64,000 bases of DNA from Candidatus Hodarchaeota archaeon (GTDB lineage Archaea; Asgardarchaeota; Lokiarchaeia; Sigyniarchaeales; SOKP01): positions 295,532 through 359,531 of the forward strand of contig JBHLKM010000002.1 in the NCBI GenBank assembly GCA_048886685.1. Reading direction: 5' to 3'. The notes below the pieces were generated by a model, which searched no databases, was not told where the DNA came from, and saw only the letters and a list, made by a program, of their open reading frames with translations. Positions 29,431 through 39,568 of the stretch are shown here, piece after piece (within the stretch, counting starts at the first letter, position 1; each line of letters opens with the position of its first letter). Both the position numbers and the translations under genes were made by a program.

Positions 29431-30740
29431 AAACTTTGTTAAAAGTTATTGATGTTTGTAGACGTGTTGAAGGTCATGGAGATGTAAAAATTTTAATTCA
29501 AAATGATGAAATTTCATTGGTGAATTTTGAATTTGGAATATATCGAGAATTTGAAAAAATTTTAATCGGAAAAAGACTACTAGATCTGCCAAAAATAGTA
29601 TCTCGAATATGTGGATTATGTTATACCTCTCAAACAATCGCAAGTTGTAAAGCAATAGAAGATATTTATAATATCAATGTATTAGAACAAACTATTCTCT
29701 TGAGACGCCTTTTAATGAGTGCTGAATTAATTAAATCCCACTCTATGAATTTTTTTTTCCAAACTTTACCCGATCTTTTAGCAATTTTTGGTCTTAGCAA
29801 AATAACATTTTCTCCTTACGAGATAATTAATTATAATCCTCAATTAACAAATAATTTCTATGAATTAATCAGAATTGGAAATGAACTAAATAACTTATAT
29901 GGAGGTAGATCTGTCCATTTGATTTCGCCTATTCCAGGAGGCATTATTTATTCTCCTTCTCGAAAAAAAAATATCTTAGCTCGAAAATGTTTTCAAAAAG
30001 CTTTAGTCAGTTTAGAATGGATTATAGAAAAATTTATTGAATTATTTTCTAATCAAGCTCCTCCAAAAGAATATAACCTTCCAAACTTTATTTCTCTTGG
30101 TTTAACAAACCATGGAAATTATGATCGATATTTAGGTACCTTAAGAATTAAAGGAAACAATAAAAACTTAATAGAATTTGAAAAACACAATTACTCTTCT
30201 TATTTTGGAAAAGAGCTTAATTTACGTGGAATTGATTTTTATTTCGAAAATAAAAAAAATGTAATAGTAGGTCCTTTTTCTCGTTATAATATTGTCGAAA
30301 ATTATGGATTTGATGAATTTAATACTTATATTGAGTATTTCAATAAATCATGGAAAAACAATATACTACTTACAAATTTTATTAAATTACTAGAAATGTA
30401 TATCGAATCTTATCAAGGATTACAAATTTTAGATGATTCATCTTTAACTAAAAGAGAAAAACTTCCTTCTCTGAATTCAGTAAAAAATTTGGATGGAATA
30501 GGCGTCATTGAGGCTCCCAGAGGAGTTTTAATCCATCATTATCACCTTAATAAAAGTAATTATGTTGATCGAGTAAATCTTTTCGTTGCTACTGAGTTTA
30601 ATATTTCACTTATTAACGAGATGATTACAGAATATGCCCAAGAATTATTTGAAAGAACAGGAGATATAAATTTAGTTAAAAAGAAAATTCAGATGATTAT
30701 TAGGACATTTGACCCTTGTATCTCATGTGCAACTCACTAA
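29427..30740 (+). CDS. [NiFe]-hydrogenase large subunit (group 3-like), no C-terminal extension
   Basis: RVEGHG, L1 RICGLC, EAPRG, L2 DPCISCATH followed directly by stop; GTGA overlap. Confidence 0.92.
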   Translation: MKTLLKVIDVCRRVEGHGDVKILIQNDEISLVNFEFGIYREFEKILIGKRLLDLPKIVSRICGLCYTSQTIASCKAIEDIYNINVLEQTILLRRLLMSAELIKSHSMNFFFQTLPDLLAIFGLSKITFSPYEIINYNPQLTNNFYELIRIGNELNNLYGGRSVHLISPIPGGIIYSPSRKKNILARKCFQKALVSLEWIIEKFIELFSNQAPPKEYNLPNFISLGLTNHGNYDRYLGTLRIKGNNKNLIEFEKHNYSSYFGKELNLRGIDFYFENKKNVIVGPFSRYNIVENYGFDEFNTYIEYFNKSWKNNILLTNFIKLLEMYIESYQGLQILDDSSLTKREKLPSLNSVKNLDGIGVIEAPRGVLIHHYHLNKSNYVDRVNLFVATEFNISLINEMITEYAQELFERTGDINLVKKKIQMIIRTFDPCISCATH

Positions 30741-30798
30741 TTATATAAATTGAAAACTATAATAATATATTTTTATGGCTTTTGATAAATAATAAATT

Positions 30799-31047
30799 CT
30801 AATCTCCATCTCTTTTTTTTTTATAAATACCCTTCGCATCTAGGTTAAAATTGGTAATATTTAATTTAAAGGAATGGTTTAAATCAAATTTCCAATCCTT
30901 TGGAGGAATTCTAGATTCATATAATCTTCCCAATATTAAATTATGACTAATTGGTATTGTTTGGACTCTGAAGAATCCTGGATTTTTCTTATATCCATCA
31001 AAATTTTTATTTTTTCTTTTTCCATTCAATTTGTATTTCATATTCAC
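30799..31047 (-). CDS. Hypothetical protein
   Basis: ORF downstream of lpdA on the same strand; no recognisable motif. Confidence 0.3.
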   Translation of the reverse strand: MNMKYKLNGKRKNKNFDGYKKNPGFFRVQTIPISHNLILGRLYESRIPPKDWKFDLNHSFKLNITNFNLDAKGIYKKKRDGD

Positions 31048-31106
31048 TCTTTCCGATACTCTTCAATTTGTAATAAAGTTTAAAGTAAGGGAATAATAGA
31101 AAGCTT

Positions 31107-32675
31107 TCATTTTGAGTAGATCTTGAACTTTTTCAATTCAATTTCAAAAGGTACTTGTTCCATTAAAATATCCCTTAATCTTGGTGTTATAGGTCTTCCC
31201 TTCTTATGTATAGCTCGTCCTACGATAGCTTCTGTTGCTTCTAAAACCATTTCTGAGAGAGTAGGATGACTATGTATTGTATTTGTAATATCTTCAATAG
31301 TTAATCCATTTTGCATCGCAAGAGCAATCTCAGCAATCAATTCTGAGGCTGCTTCGCCAATGCAGGAAGCCCCAACGATTTGGGTTGTATGTTTATCCGC
31401 TAAGATTATTAAAAGCCCATCTTCTCCCATGCATTTTGCCTTTCCTAAACTACTATATGGAAATTGTCCTACTAAGACATCAATACCAAGATCCTTAGCT
31501 TCTTTTCTTTTCAATCCGACTGAACCGATATTAGGACTCGTAAAAATCGTAGAAGGTATGACTCTATAATTTGTTCTCATTGAATGATTTTTAAATATTC
31601 CAAGACTTGAAAGAGCATTGGCAACGGCTATATCACCTTCATAATTTGCTACATGAGCGAGCATTAATCCTCCAGTCACATCACCTATAGCATATATCCC
31701 ATTAACAACTGTCTCTAAAGTACTAGGATCAACTTCAATTGCTCCTCTTCTAGTTTCAATCCCTAATTCTTCTAATCCTAAGTCGTTTGATACTTTGTTT
31801 CTGCCAATTGAAAGCAAACATAGATCTGCTTCAAAAATCGATTTTTCTGAATTTTCGATTTCATCTTTAGGAATCGAAGCAGAACAAGTAATAGCCTTTA
31901 CACTGGAACCTATATTTTCAACAGATAAGACATTTTGGCTTGTGAATATCCTAATACCCATTGAATCGAACTTCTTTTGTAAATGCTTTATGATTATTGG
32001 CTCTTCTGCAGTTATAGGTGTAGGAAGGTATTCCAACATTATTACTTCACTTCCAAAAGTCGCAAAAATATCTGCAAACTCACATCCAATTACTCCGGCT
32101 CCAATTATCAATAATCGATTCGGGATAGTCTTGAAATTAGGATCTAAAATGTCATCACTAGTCAATATTCTCTTATGGTCTACATTAAAATTAGGAATTA
32201 AAGCAGGAGATGATCCCGTAGCAATTATAACTCTTTTAGCAAGAATGGTTTCTTCAATATTTTCTCCTTGTATAAAAATTTGAAAACCTAATTCAGAATT
32301 TCCTCCAAGAATTTTACCGTGACCCATATAAACATCATTTTTCCAAGATTTTAGAAGATTTGCAATTCCAATACCAAGTTCATTTACTATTTTATTTTTC
32401 CTTTCAATAACTTTTTCAAAATTTACTTTAAAATCCTTAATTAAGATTCCAAATTCTTCTGCATCTTGAAGTTTTTCAAGATAATGAGCTGAAGCAAGTA
32501 AAGTTTTTGTGGGAATACATCCCCTATTTAAACATGTTCCACCCAAACTATTTTTTTCTATTAATGCTACTTTGGCTCCATATTGTGCAGCTCTAATAGC
32601 CGCATGATAACCTCCTGGACCCGCCCCTATTATCGCCAAATCATATTGCTTGTCTGAATTTTCTTCTTTCTGCAT
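31107..32675 (-). CDS. lpdA: Dihydrolipoamide dehydrogenase
   Basis: GAGPGGY, GGTCLNRGCIPTK, GAGVIGCE, MLAHVA, HSHPTLSE. Confidence 0.95.
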   Translation of the reverse strand: MQKEENSDKQYDLAIIGAGPGGYHAAIRAAQYGAKVALIEKNSLGGTCLNRGCIPTKTLLASAHYLEKLQDAEEFGILIKDFKVNFEKVIERKNKIVNELGIGIANLLKSWKNDVYMGHGKILGGNSELGFQIFIQGENIEETILAKRVIIATGSSPALIPNFNVDHKRILTSDDILDPNFKTIPNRLLIIGAGVIGCEFADIFATFGSEVIMLEYLPTPITAEEPIIIKHLQKKFDSMGIRIFTSQNVLSVENIGSSVKAITCSASIPKDEIENSEKSIFEADLCLLSIGRNKVSNDLGLEELGIETRRGAIEVDPSTLETVVNGIYAIGDVTGGLMLAHVANYEGDIAVANALSSLGIFKNHSMRTNYRVIPSTIFTSPNIGSVGLKRKEAKDLGIDVLVGQFPYSSLGKAKCMGEDGLLIILADKHTTQIVGASCIGEAASELIAEIALAMQNGLTIEDITNTIHSHPTLSEMVLEATEAIVGRAIHKKGRPITPRLRDILMEQVPFEIELKKFKIYSK

Positions 32676-32707
32676 TATTAACCCTATAATTAATCGAGAA
32701 GATGTTA

Positions 32708-33322
32708 TTAATTAAAAGAATGTAGAAATTTTGACTTTTGAATGAAAATTGCGTTAGATTTTACGTTAATTTCTTTTAATTGTTTCATTATTTCAACAAA
32801 AGTGTTCTCCTTACCGAAATGTACAAATGTTAAATTTTTACTATCTCGATCCTTTATTACGCTCAAAATTTTCTCTACAATTGATTTAGCTCGTATTTGT
32901 TGATTTAAATAATGGTTTAGATCCATTAATTCTTTTGAATAATAATCGATCAAATAACTAAGCTCTTGAGCACCTGAAGAATTTTTATCTTTTAATGAAT
33001 TATATGTAGTATTTAATTCATTGTACTTATTCTGAATCTCACTAATTTGACTTGCATAATGTCCTTTTACGTAATATGGTAATTCTATTGTAAAATAGGG
33101 AATTTCAAATTTCTTTAATACGTTTGCTAAATGAGTTCTATTAAATTCTCGTAAGTTCATTTTTCCTAAATCGATTGTAGCGAAATGTACGGGTATATGC
33201 TTAATTTTTCCAATCAATTCTTCAATATTCTCCTCTTTAAGTTTAACATCCAAATCTCTAATTGAATATACTGAAAAATTTTTATCTACTAAAGTTTCGA
33301 ACATTATATTTTTCATGATCAA
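32708..33322 (-). CDS. Uncharacterised protein, paralogue of 14704..15333
   Basis: FATIDL...IPYFTIELP...IVEKIL...FVHFG...EIMKQLKE matches FITVDI...IEYYLLDMP...IVKKIL...LIHFA...EIIKQLKE. Confidence 0.78.
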   Translation of the reverse strand: MIMKNIMFETLVDKNFSVYSIRDLDVKLKEENIEELIGKIKHIPVHFATIDLGKMNLREFNRTHLANVLKKFEIPYFTIELPYYVKGHYASQISEIQNKYNELNTTYNSLKDKNSSGAQELSYLIDYYSKELMDLNHYLNQQIRAKSIVEKILSVIKDRDSKNLTFVHFGKENTFVEIMKQLKEINVKSNAIFIQKSKFLHSFN

Positions 33323-33844
33323 TCCATTTTGATTTTTTAATTATTTTATATTTATTATCGAAAAGATCAATTTTTGATCTCTCTTTCAATTATCTTATAT
33401 GTGAATTTCAACAGTAACCCTTTCAATTCCTAATATATATTTGAGACTCGGAATAATAGAAATCAATGAAACTCGGAAAAATTGACCTTTCCAATAAATG
33501 AATATCGATTTACATATATAAATGTTACGAGAATCTGCATCATATTTATGATATCGCGAAGACAATATGATCAAAACTGAAATAGTCATATACGGAATAA
33601 ATCACAAATACCAAAAAATAGCAGGAATTAATAAATTTAATTATCCTCATATAATCATAATCTATAATATGATTCATTTTTCTCACGTTTTTAATTCAAA
33701 ATATAAAAAAAAGGATAACAAAATAGTTTCATTATTAAGAACAGGTGGGAAAAATCAATATACCACGGTAGACTCCTTAAAGAGGTACCTTTGGCACTAT
33801 TTTAGAAATATGTAGAGAACATTTAATTTTTCTACTTAATGACT

Positions 33845-33866
33845 TTTATGAATATATATTCATAAA
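33845..33866. promoter_or_regulatory. Perfect 22-bp palindrome, core TGAAT-N4-ATTCA
   Basis: TTTATGAATATATATTCATAAA upstream of the NifX-family gene. Confidence 0.75.
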
Positions 33867-33941
33867 TTATAAATATAAGGAGCTATTTTAATTTAATAAT
33901 TCTTTATAAATGAATAATTATGAATAAAAATAAAGAGAAGT

Positions 33942-34331
33942 GTGAGAAAGATGAATAGGATTATAGGAATTCCTGCTGAAGGAAGAGAATTATCAGATAA
34001 TATATCACCTCACTTTGGGCATTGTCCCTACTTTGTGGGTGTTGAACTTATAGATAACAATAGTTTTAGGAAAATCTTCACCTTGGTTAATGAAGGACAT
34101 GTTGGGTGTATGGAACCTGTCATGAATTTAAAACAAAGAAATGTAACAGATATGATTCTGACAGGAATTGGAATGCGACCATTTTTAGGTTTTCAGCAAG
34201 TTCAAATAAATTTATTCCAAGGAGTAAACGGAAGCATCGAAATAAATTTGAAAATGCTAATCGATGGGCAATTAAAGGTATTAAATGGCGCTAGTTGTGG
34301 GAATCACTCTGAAAATGCTCACACTCATTAA
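33942..34331 (+). CDS. NifB/NifX-family (Nitro_FeMo-Co) cluster-binding protein
   Basis: ISPHFGHCPYF, GIGMRP; C-terminal CGNHSENAHTH. Confidence 0.85.
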   Translation: MRKMNRIIGIPAEGRELSDNISPHFGHCPYFVGVELIDNNSFRKIFTLVNEGHVGCMEPVMNLKQRNVTDMILTGIGMRPFLGFQQVQINLFQGVNGSIEINLKMLIDGQLKVLNGASCGNHSENAHTH

Positions 34332-34365
34332 AAAAATTGTTAGAACTAAAAGAGGATGAAGTTAT

Positions 34366-34875
34366 ATGCCAAGTTTTAAAGAAACATATGAAGCTATTAA
34401 GATAGATTGGAATGCTGGGGAGAAGAACTTTAATATCGAATGTGAAATGTTGCCAAAAGGTATGCAAGTTAAATGTACGATGGGTAATCCCGCAGGGGAT
34501 CCTTTTGAATTAATTATAGATGCCCCTGGTGGATTAGATGGATCAAATAAGGGACCATCACCTTTATTAGTGATTTTGTCTTCTATTGGTGCTTGTATCA
34601 TTGCCGTTACAAGATTTTGGGCAAAAATAATGGATATTAAACTAGAGGAAATGAAAGTTTTTTCACGTGGTCATATTAATTTAGGAGCTATCTTCGGAAT
34701 TGACGATTCAAAACTAGCAGGGTATGATAAACTTGAACCCGTAATAAGAATTAAAGCCAATGCCCCCGAAGAGAAAATTAATGAATTGATGGATAAAGTT
34801 TTCACTCATTGTCCTGTGATTACTAATTTTGGTGGAGCTTCCCCAATTACTCCTAAAGTACAAATAAGAAAATAA
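34366..34875 (+). CDS. OsmC-family protein
   Basis: IIDAPGGLDGSNKGPSP...IGAC...HCPV. Confidence 0.85.
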   Translation: MPSFKETYEAIKIDWNAGEKNFNIECEMLPKGMQVKCTMGNPAGDPFELIIDAPGGLDGSNKGPSPLLVILSSIGACIIAVTRFWAKIMDIKLEEMKVFSRGHINLGAIFGIDDSKLAGYDKLEPVIRIKANAPEEKINELMDKVFTHCPVITNFGGASPITPKVQIRK

Positions 34876-34960
34876 TTTCTTTCAAACTTTTTTTTTTATA
34901 TTCTTATCAAAAAATTAAAGCCAAATATTATCTCTAAAATTAAAATCCAAAAGAAAAACA

Positions 34961-35148
34961 TGTAAATGGTATCAATTTTGTCTTATTAAATGCTTTGTTG
35001 ACCATGGCAAACTTGATCGAAAATGGGGTGAAAATTATTGTTTAGTGGGAAATAAAAATTGCATTAGATATCAAATGGAAGAAGGGGTCAACCCCATCCC
35101 GATAATCTGCTACCTAATGGTGAATTCAAGCGAGATCTTCATTACTAA
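34961..35148 (+). pseudogene. Frameshifted remnant of a small four-Cys protein
   Basis: CKWYQFC...GKLDRKWGENYC...NCIRYQMEE in one frame, continuing HPDNLLPNGE in another; no start codon. Family recalled from memory only. Confidence 0.45.
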
Positions 35149-35172
35149 CGAAATTATGTAAAAATGTAAATA

Positions 35173-35577
35173 TTAATGATGATGATGGTGCTTATATTCA
35201 TCATCTGCTTCAGTATGAATTTTTTCGACACCATAGCCTTTACCCCCTCCTGGAGAACAAAGACTTTCTCCTCCCTCTAAAGTACCTTCTATTATTTTTT
35301 TAATAACTTCATCAATTTCTCCAGCAACTCCCATAATAACTTCAATCCCATAATCATTAAAGAAACCTACAGCTCTGGGTCCCATACCTCCTGAAATCAT
35401 ATATTTTGCGCCATGTGTATTTACAAATTTAGGTATACTTCCTACAGTATGTCCAGGATTAGGAAAAACTTCTTTTTCTATTACCTCATTATTTTCAATC
35501 GTAATGAAAGTAAACTCTGGAGCTCTACCAAAATGCCCTGAAACTTTTCCTGAATCTGTACTAATACAAATTTTCAT
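35173..35577 (-). CDS. NifB/NifX-family protein with His-rich tail
   Basis: VSGHFGRAPEF, GGMGPRA, C-terminal KHHHHH. Confidence 0.88.
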   Translation of the reverse strand: MKICISTDSGKVSGHFGRAPEFTFITIENNEVIEKEVFPNPGHTVGSIPKFVNTHGAKYMISGGMGPRAVGFFNDYGIEVIMGVAGEIDEVIKKIIEGTLEGGESLCSPGGGKGYGVEKIHTEADDEYKHHHHH

Positions 35578-35631
35578 TTTTAATCTTCTCCTTTTTTATT
35601 CCAACTCTTCAACGTTTATATTTAAATTTAA

Positions 35632-35645
35632 AGAATGATTATTCA
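35632..35645. promoter_or_regulatory. TGAAT-N4-ATTCA site (1 mismatch) between NifX-like and DUF134 genes
   Basis: AGAATGATTATTCA. Confidence 0.55.
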
Positions 35646-35749
35646 AAAATATATCTATCTCTAGGATATGGCTCTTAATAATATATAAATATAGCTCTTA
35701 TCAATTTATATTATAAACATTAAGATTATAATTTGGTTGGTATTCTACC

Positions 35750-36166
35750 ATGGGAAGAAGAAGACATCGAAGATGGGTTACTCAAACACCTAATAATCTT
35801 TATTTTTCAAGTGAACCACCAACCGAAGATTCCATAACTTTAACTATTGCTGAATTTGAAGCTATGCGTCTTAAACATTATATTGGACTAAATCAGAGAG
35901 TAGCTGCAGAAAAAATGGGAATTAGTCAACCCACATTTTCTAGGATTCTTGAAAGCGCTCATCGTAAAAATACAATTGCCTTACTTGAAGGAAAATCGAT
36001 TAAAGTGTATGGTGGTAGTTTTGATATTAAACCAAAATTCGTAGGATACGAGTGTGTAGATTGTAAACATGAATGGGAAGATGAAGATGCCTCAAAAGAC
36101 AGAAAAGTTAATTGTGTTAAATGTAATTCAAAAAATGTTTACTTTCTTGTTAGAGAACTAATTTAA
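35750..36166 (+). CDS. DUF134 (UPF0251) HTH DNA-binding protein with C-terminal zinc ribbon
   Basis: EFEAMRLKHYIGLNQRVAAEKMGISQPTFSRIL; CVDCKHEW...CVKCNS. Confidence 0.9.
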   Translation: MGRRRHRRWVTQTPNNLYFSSEPPTEDSITLTIAEFEAMRLKHYIGLNQRVAAEKMGISQPTFSRILESAHRKNTIALLEGKSIKVYGGSFDIKPKFVGYECVDCKHEWEDEDASKDRKVNCVKCNSKNVYFLVRELI

Positions 36167-37098
36167 ACTAAGTTAGAATGCCATAATTTTCTTTTTAAAT
36201 TTGAATAAATTTCTTTAATTGCCAGACTTGCTATTGAATCTGGTGCATATTGTACTACAGGTTTGGCAAAAGACATAGCTTTTGGGATTGATAAATCAAA
36301 GGGGATTTTTCCTAAAATTTCATAATTAGTGTCCCTCATGTGCTTACTAAAAGTTTCTTGAAAGGGACTCTTTAAATCTGATTTATTTATTAAGATCCCA
36401 AATGGAAGGTTAAATTGACGAATAACTTCGATTACTCTCAACAAATCATGTAATCCAGAAGGTGTAGGCTCACATATAGTAATAACATAATCTAAATTCG
36501 AAAGGGTTGCAATTACGGGACATCCAATTCCCGGAGGACCATCTATAAATATTAAATTACTTTCATTATATTCATTCAAATTTTTTACTTCTTCTTTAGA
36601 GTCTGAAACTAGTTTTCCAGAGGTCGTGCTTCCTAACTGGGTTTTGCCATATATTAATGGAAATCCCATTTTGCTCGTATAAGATATAATTTCACCACTT
36701 TTTACAGCAGTTATTTTAAAAGCATGCATAGGACATAAAACTTTACAAGATCCACACCCCTCACATTTCAAAAAATCAATTTTAGGTATTGAATTCTGAC
36801 TATCCCATCGTAAAGCATTAAATTCACAGAAATTTTTGTCAATACATTCCTTGCAATTATTACATAGATCTTCTAAAAATTCTGATTTTAGTGTAGTGAA
36901 AGTATCTTTTTGATCTATTTTTGAATCTTCAGCAGGAGGAAGAATTATTGCTAAGTTTGGAGCATCAACATCACAATCTAATACAATAACTTTCATAATT
37001 GAATCTTTTTTGGCGAGACTTGCTAAAGAAGCTGTAATTGAAGTTTTACCCACGCCTCCTTTCCCAGAAACAACCCCAACTATTTTTCTTTCCATCAA
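36163..37098 (-). CDS. MinD-superfamily P-loop ATPase with inserted ferredoxin
   Basis: SGKGGVGKT, DCDVDAPNL, CEGCGSCKVLCP, SGKLV, DGPPGIGCPV, EPTPSGLHDL. Confidence 0.92.
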   Translation of the reverse strand: MMERKIVGVVSGKGGVGKTSITASLASLAKKDSIMKVIVLDCDVDAPNLAIILPPAEDSKIDQKDTFTTLKSEFLEDLCNNCKECIDKNFCEFNALRWDSQNSIPKIDFLKCEGCGSCKVLCPMHAFKITAVKSGEIISYTSKMGFPLIYGKTQLGSTTSGKLVSDSKEEVKNLNEYNESNLIFIDGPPGIGCPVIATLSNLDYVITICEPTPSGLHDLLRVIEVIRQFNLPFGILINKSDLKSPFQETFSKHMRDTNYEILGKIPFDLSIPKAMSFAKPVVQYAPDSIASLAIKEIYSNLKRKLWHSNLV

Positions 37099-37120
37099 TT
37101 TAAATCCTTTTTATCAATTA

Positions 37121-38041
37121 TTAATTTAAACTTAGCCACTTTTTTAAATTTTCAAAAATTTTTGTAAATGCTATGAATCCTGCTCCATTATTATCATAAC
37201 CACTATCAATTTCCATAATTGGTGTTCCTTGACAATAAGAATTCACAATATCTGCGTCCAAGGGGATATCACCTAAAATTATAATATTTTCTTTTCGTAA
37301 TTCTTCTAAAAATTGATTTCTAAACCCCAATAATGATGATCTATTTACTATTACCTTACACTCTTTCCCCAATATATTTATCAATTCCATTATTCTCGTT
37401 AAATCTAATTTACCAAATTTTGTAGGTTCTGTAATAGGAATAATTACATCCGCCACATTAATTAACAGTTCTACATCGCAATGTGCTCCTGGAGCAGTAT
37501 CTAAAATGATAACATCGAATTTATTTGGTTCATTTTTTATGAGATTCTCAAGATTTTCCAGAAGTGCTTCTACAATTCCAGCTGATCGAGCTTCTGTAGG
37601 TTTTAATTCTCCAACGAATAGGGTAAGTCCATGAATTTCAGTGGAGTATATCCAACCAAGTGTTTTAAAGTCTGCTTCAATCGCTTTTTCTGGGCATATT
37701 TTATAACATAATCTGCATCCGGAACAAAGTGATGACATTAAGATTGGAATCGAATCATCAATATATAACAAAGCATGATTTGCACAATTTTTAGCACATA
37801 TTCCACATCGAGAACATTTATCTTCATCAATTTTAGGCATGAAAAAAGGGACTTCTCTTTTATTTTCAAGTTTACCATTTAATAGAAGATAAGAATTAGG
37901 ATTTTCTACGTCCCCATCTATGAGAAGTACGTTATATCCTTCATTTTTAAACATTAATGCAATATTAACAGCACATAATGTTTTTCCTGTACCTCCTTTG
38001 CCCCCAGTTATACAGATTATCTTAGGCTTAATCTCAGTCAT
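37121..38041 (-). CDS. MinD-superfamily P-loop ATPase with inserted ferredoxin (second paralogue)
   Basis: GGKGGTGKT, DGDVENPN, CSRCGICAKNC, CSGCRLCYKICP, DTAPGAHC, TEPTKFG. Confidence 0.92.
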   Translation of the reverse strand: MTEIKPKIICITGGKGGTGKTLCAVNIALMFKNEGYNVLLIDGDVENPNSYLLLNGKLENKREVPFFMPKIDEDKCSRCGICAKNCANHALLYIDDSIPILMSSLCSGCRLCYKICPEKAIEADFKTLGWIYSTEIHGLTLFVGELKPTEARSAGIVEALLENLENLIKNEPNKFDVIILDTAPGAHCDVELLINVADVIIPITEPTKFGKLDLTRIMELINILGKECKVIVNRSSLLGFRNQFLEELRKENIIILGDIPLDADIVNSYCQGTPIMEIDSGYDNNGAGFIAFTKIFENLKKWLSLN

Positions 38042-38081
38042 AAAACTTTCAAATTTAAATCATATTATCTTAAGAATTAGC

Positions 38082-38525
38082 TTATCTTTCTCGATATCCG
38101 CCGCCCATCCTACGACCTCCTCCCATGCCATGGTGAGGTGCTACATTTGCTGAAGTTAATTCCCGTAACTTATCTTCTATGAACAACTTCACGACCTCAT
38201 TTATAGTCATCTTTCTATCTGGAGCATGAAGGACCTTTATATTTAAGGCATTAAGTCCGTTGGCTGCATTTGGCCCTAAGAATCCAGCAATTACTATTTC
38301 AGCATTATTATTGCCAACTATTTGAGTTGCTTGCACACCAGCACCCCCCATAGTACTAGCAGCATGATTTGGAACAGTTTTAACCGCCCTTATTTCTTTA
38401 TCCTCTATTTCAACAAATGTAAAGCTAGCACATCTTCCAAAACGAGGACTCATATCGTCATTCAAACCTCCTTTTCCTATTGAAGGAATTGCTATAACAA
38501 CCATTAACATTTCGACCTTTTTCAT
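38082..38525 (-). CDS. NifB/NifX-family protein
   Basis: SPRFGRCASF, GGAGVQA, GPNA, ANVAPHHGMGGG. Confidence 0.9.
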   Translation of the reverse strand: MKKVEMLMVVIAIPSIGKGGLNDDMSPRFGRCASFTFVEIEDKEIRAVKTVPNHAASTMGGAGVQATQIVGNNNAEIVIAGFLGPNAANGLNALNIKVLHAPDRKMTINEVVKLFIEDKLRELTSANVAPHHGMGGGRRMGGGYRER

Positions 38526-38551
38526 CTATTTTAATTTTAGTAACTTTTTTA

Positions 38552-38575
38552 AATTATGAATAAATATTCATAATT
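38552..38575. promoter_or_regulatory. TGAAT-N4-ATTCA palindrome with extended arms
   Basis: AATTATGAATAAATATTCATAATT between divergent NifX-like and Mrp operons. Confidence 0.75.
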
Positions 38576-38675
38576 ATATAACAATCGATGTTTTATAAAT
38601 TTAACCTATTTTGATTCAATTATTAATAATTGATATAATTAAACTAATTAAACTACCTATATAAAGAAGAAGAGG

Positions 38676-39563
38676 TTGATGTATATTCAAGAAAAAGAAG
38701 TTCCAGATATAGATTTAAAAGAAACCATCAAGGAAGGGAAGCAAAAACAATTAGATACCTTAATGGAATATATTAGTAAAAACATGGAAAAGATTAAATA
38801 TAAAATTGTAGTCATATCAGGCAAAGGTGGGGTAGGAAAAACTACAGTAGCAGTAAACCTTGCTATGAGTTTAGCTAGTATTGGTTTAAGAGTTGGAATT
38901 CTCGATGTAGATATTACAGGTCCAAATGTATTAAAAATGTTGGGAGTTCCTCCAGAGCTTAAACCCAGAGTTGATGCTGAAAAGAAAAGATTTTATCCAA
39001 TCAATGGGCCATTAAATATGAAAGTAATGAGTATGGGATCTCTCATAGAAAACTCAGATTCACCAGTTATATGGAGAGGTCCAATGAAAATGAGTGCTGT
39101 AAGGCAATTCTTAGGTGAAGCAATTTGGGGTGAATTAGACTATTTAATTTGTGATTTACCCCCAGGAACTTCAGATGAAACATTAGATATATTACAATTA
39201 ATCCCAGATGAAAATATAATCGTTGTATCAACTCCCCAAGAGGTGGCCCTTATGGATGCTCGAAAAACAATTAGTATGGCCAGAATCATGGAAAGAAATA
39301 TTTTAGGTATTATTGAAAATATGTCAGGATTTAAATGTCCTCATTGTGGGAAAAATATTGATCTCTATCCCCCTGGAGGTGTTGAAAAGGCTGTAAAAGA
39401 TTTCAACATACTCTTGTTAGGGAAAATTCCCTTTGAATTAGACGTAGGAATTCAGGGTGATAAAGGTTTACCTTTCGTGATAAAAAATTCAAGTAATGAA
39501 AGTGTTAAAGCATTCAAAGATATCGTAAATAATATACGTGGAATATTAGAAAAAAAAATTTAA
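38676..39563 (+). CDS. Mrp/ApbC/Nbp35 Fe-S cluster carrier ATPase
   Basis: SGKGGVGKTT, DITGP, VIWRGP, DLPPGTSDE, ENMSGFKCPHC. Confidence 0.95.
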   Translation: MMYIQEKEVPDIDLKETIKEGKQKQLDTLMEYISKNMEKIKYKIVVISGKGGVGKTTVAVNLAMSLASIGLRVGILDVDITGPNVLKMLGVPPELKPRVDAEKKRFYPINGPLNMKVMSMGSLIENSDSPVIWRGPMKMSAVRQFLGEAIWGELDYLICDLPPGTSDETLDILQLIPDENIIVVSTPQEVALMDARKTISMARIMERNILGIIENMSGFKCPHCGKNIDLYPPGGVEKAVKDFNILLLGKIPFELDVGIQGDKGLPFVIKNSSNESVKAFKDIVNNIRGILEKKI

Positions 39564-39568
39564 AAAGA

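Noticed and set aside
33395-33815. ORFs 33395..33589 and 33567..33815 (also 536..727, 1118..1309, 24652..24840)
   Set aside because: No recognisable motif or SD; likely chance ORFs in AT-rich spacers.
33942-38525. Nitrogen fixation cluster
   Set aside because: Only NifX-like carrier domains; no nifH/D/K/E/N.
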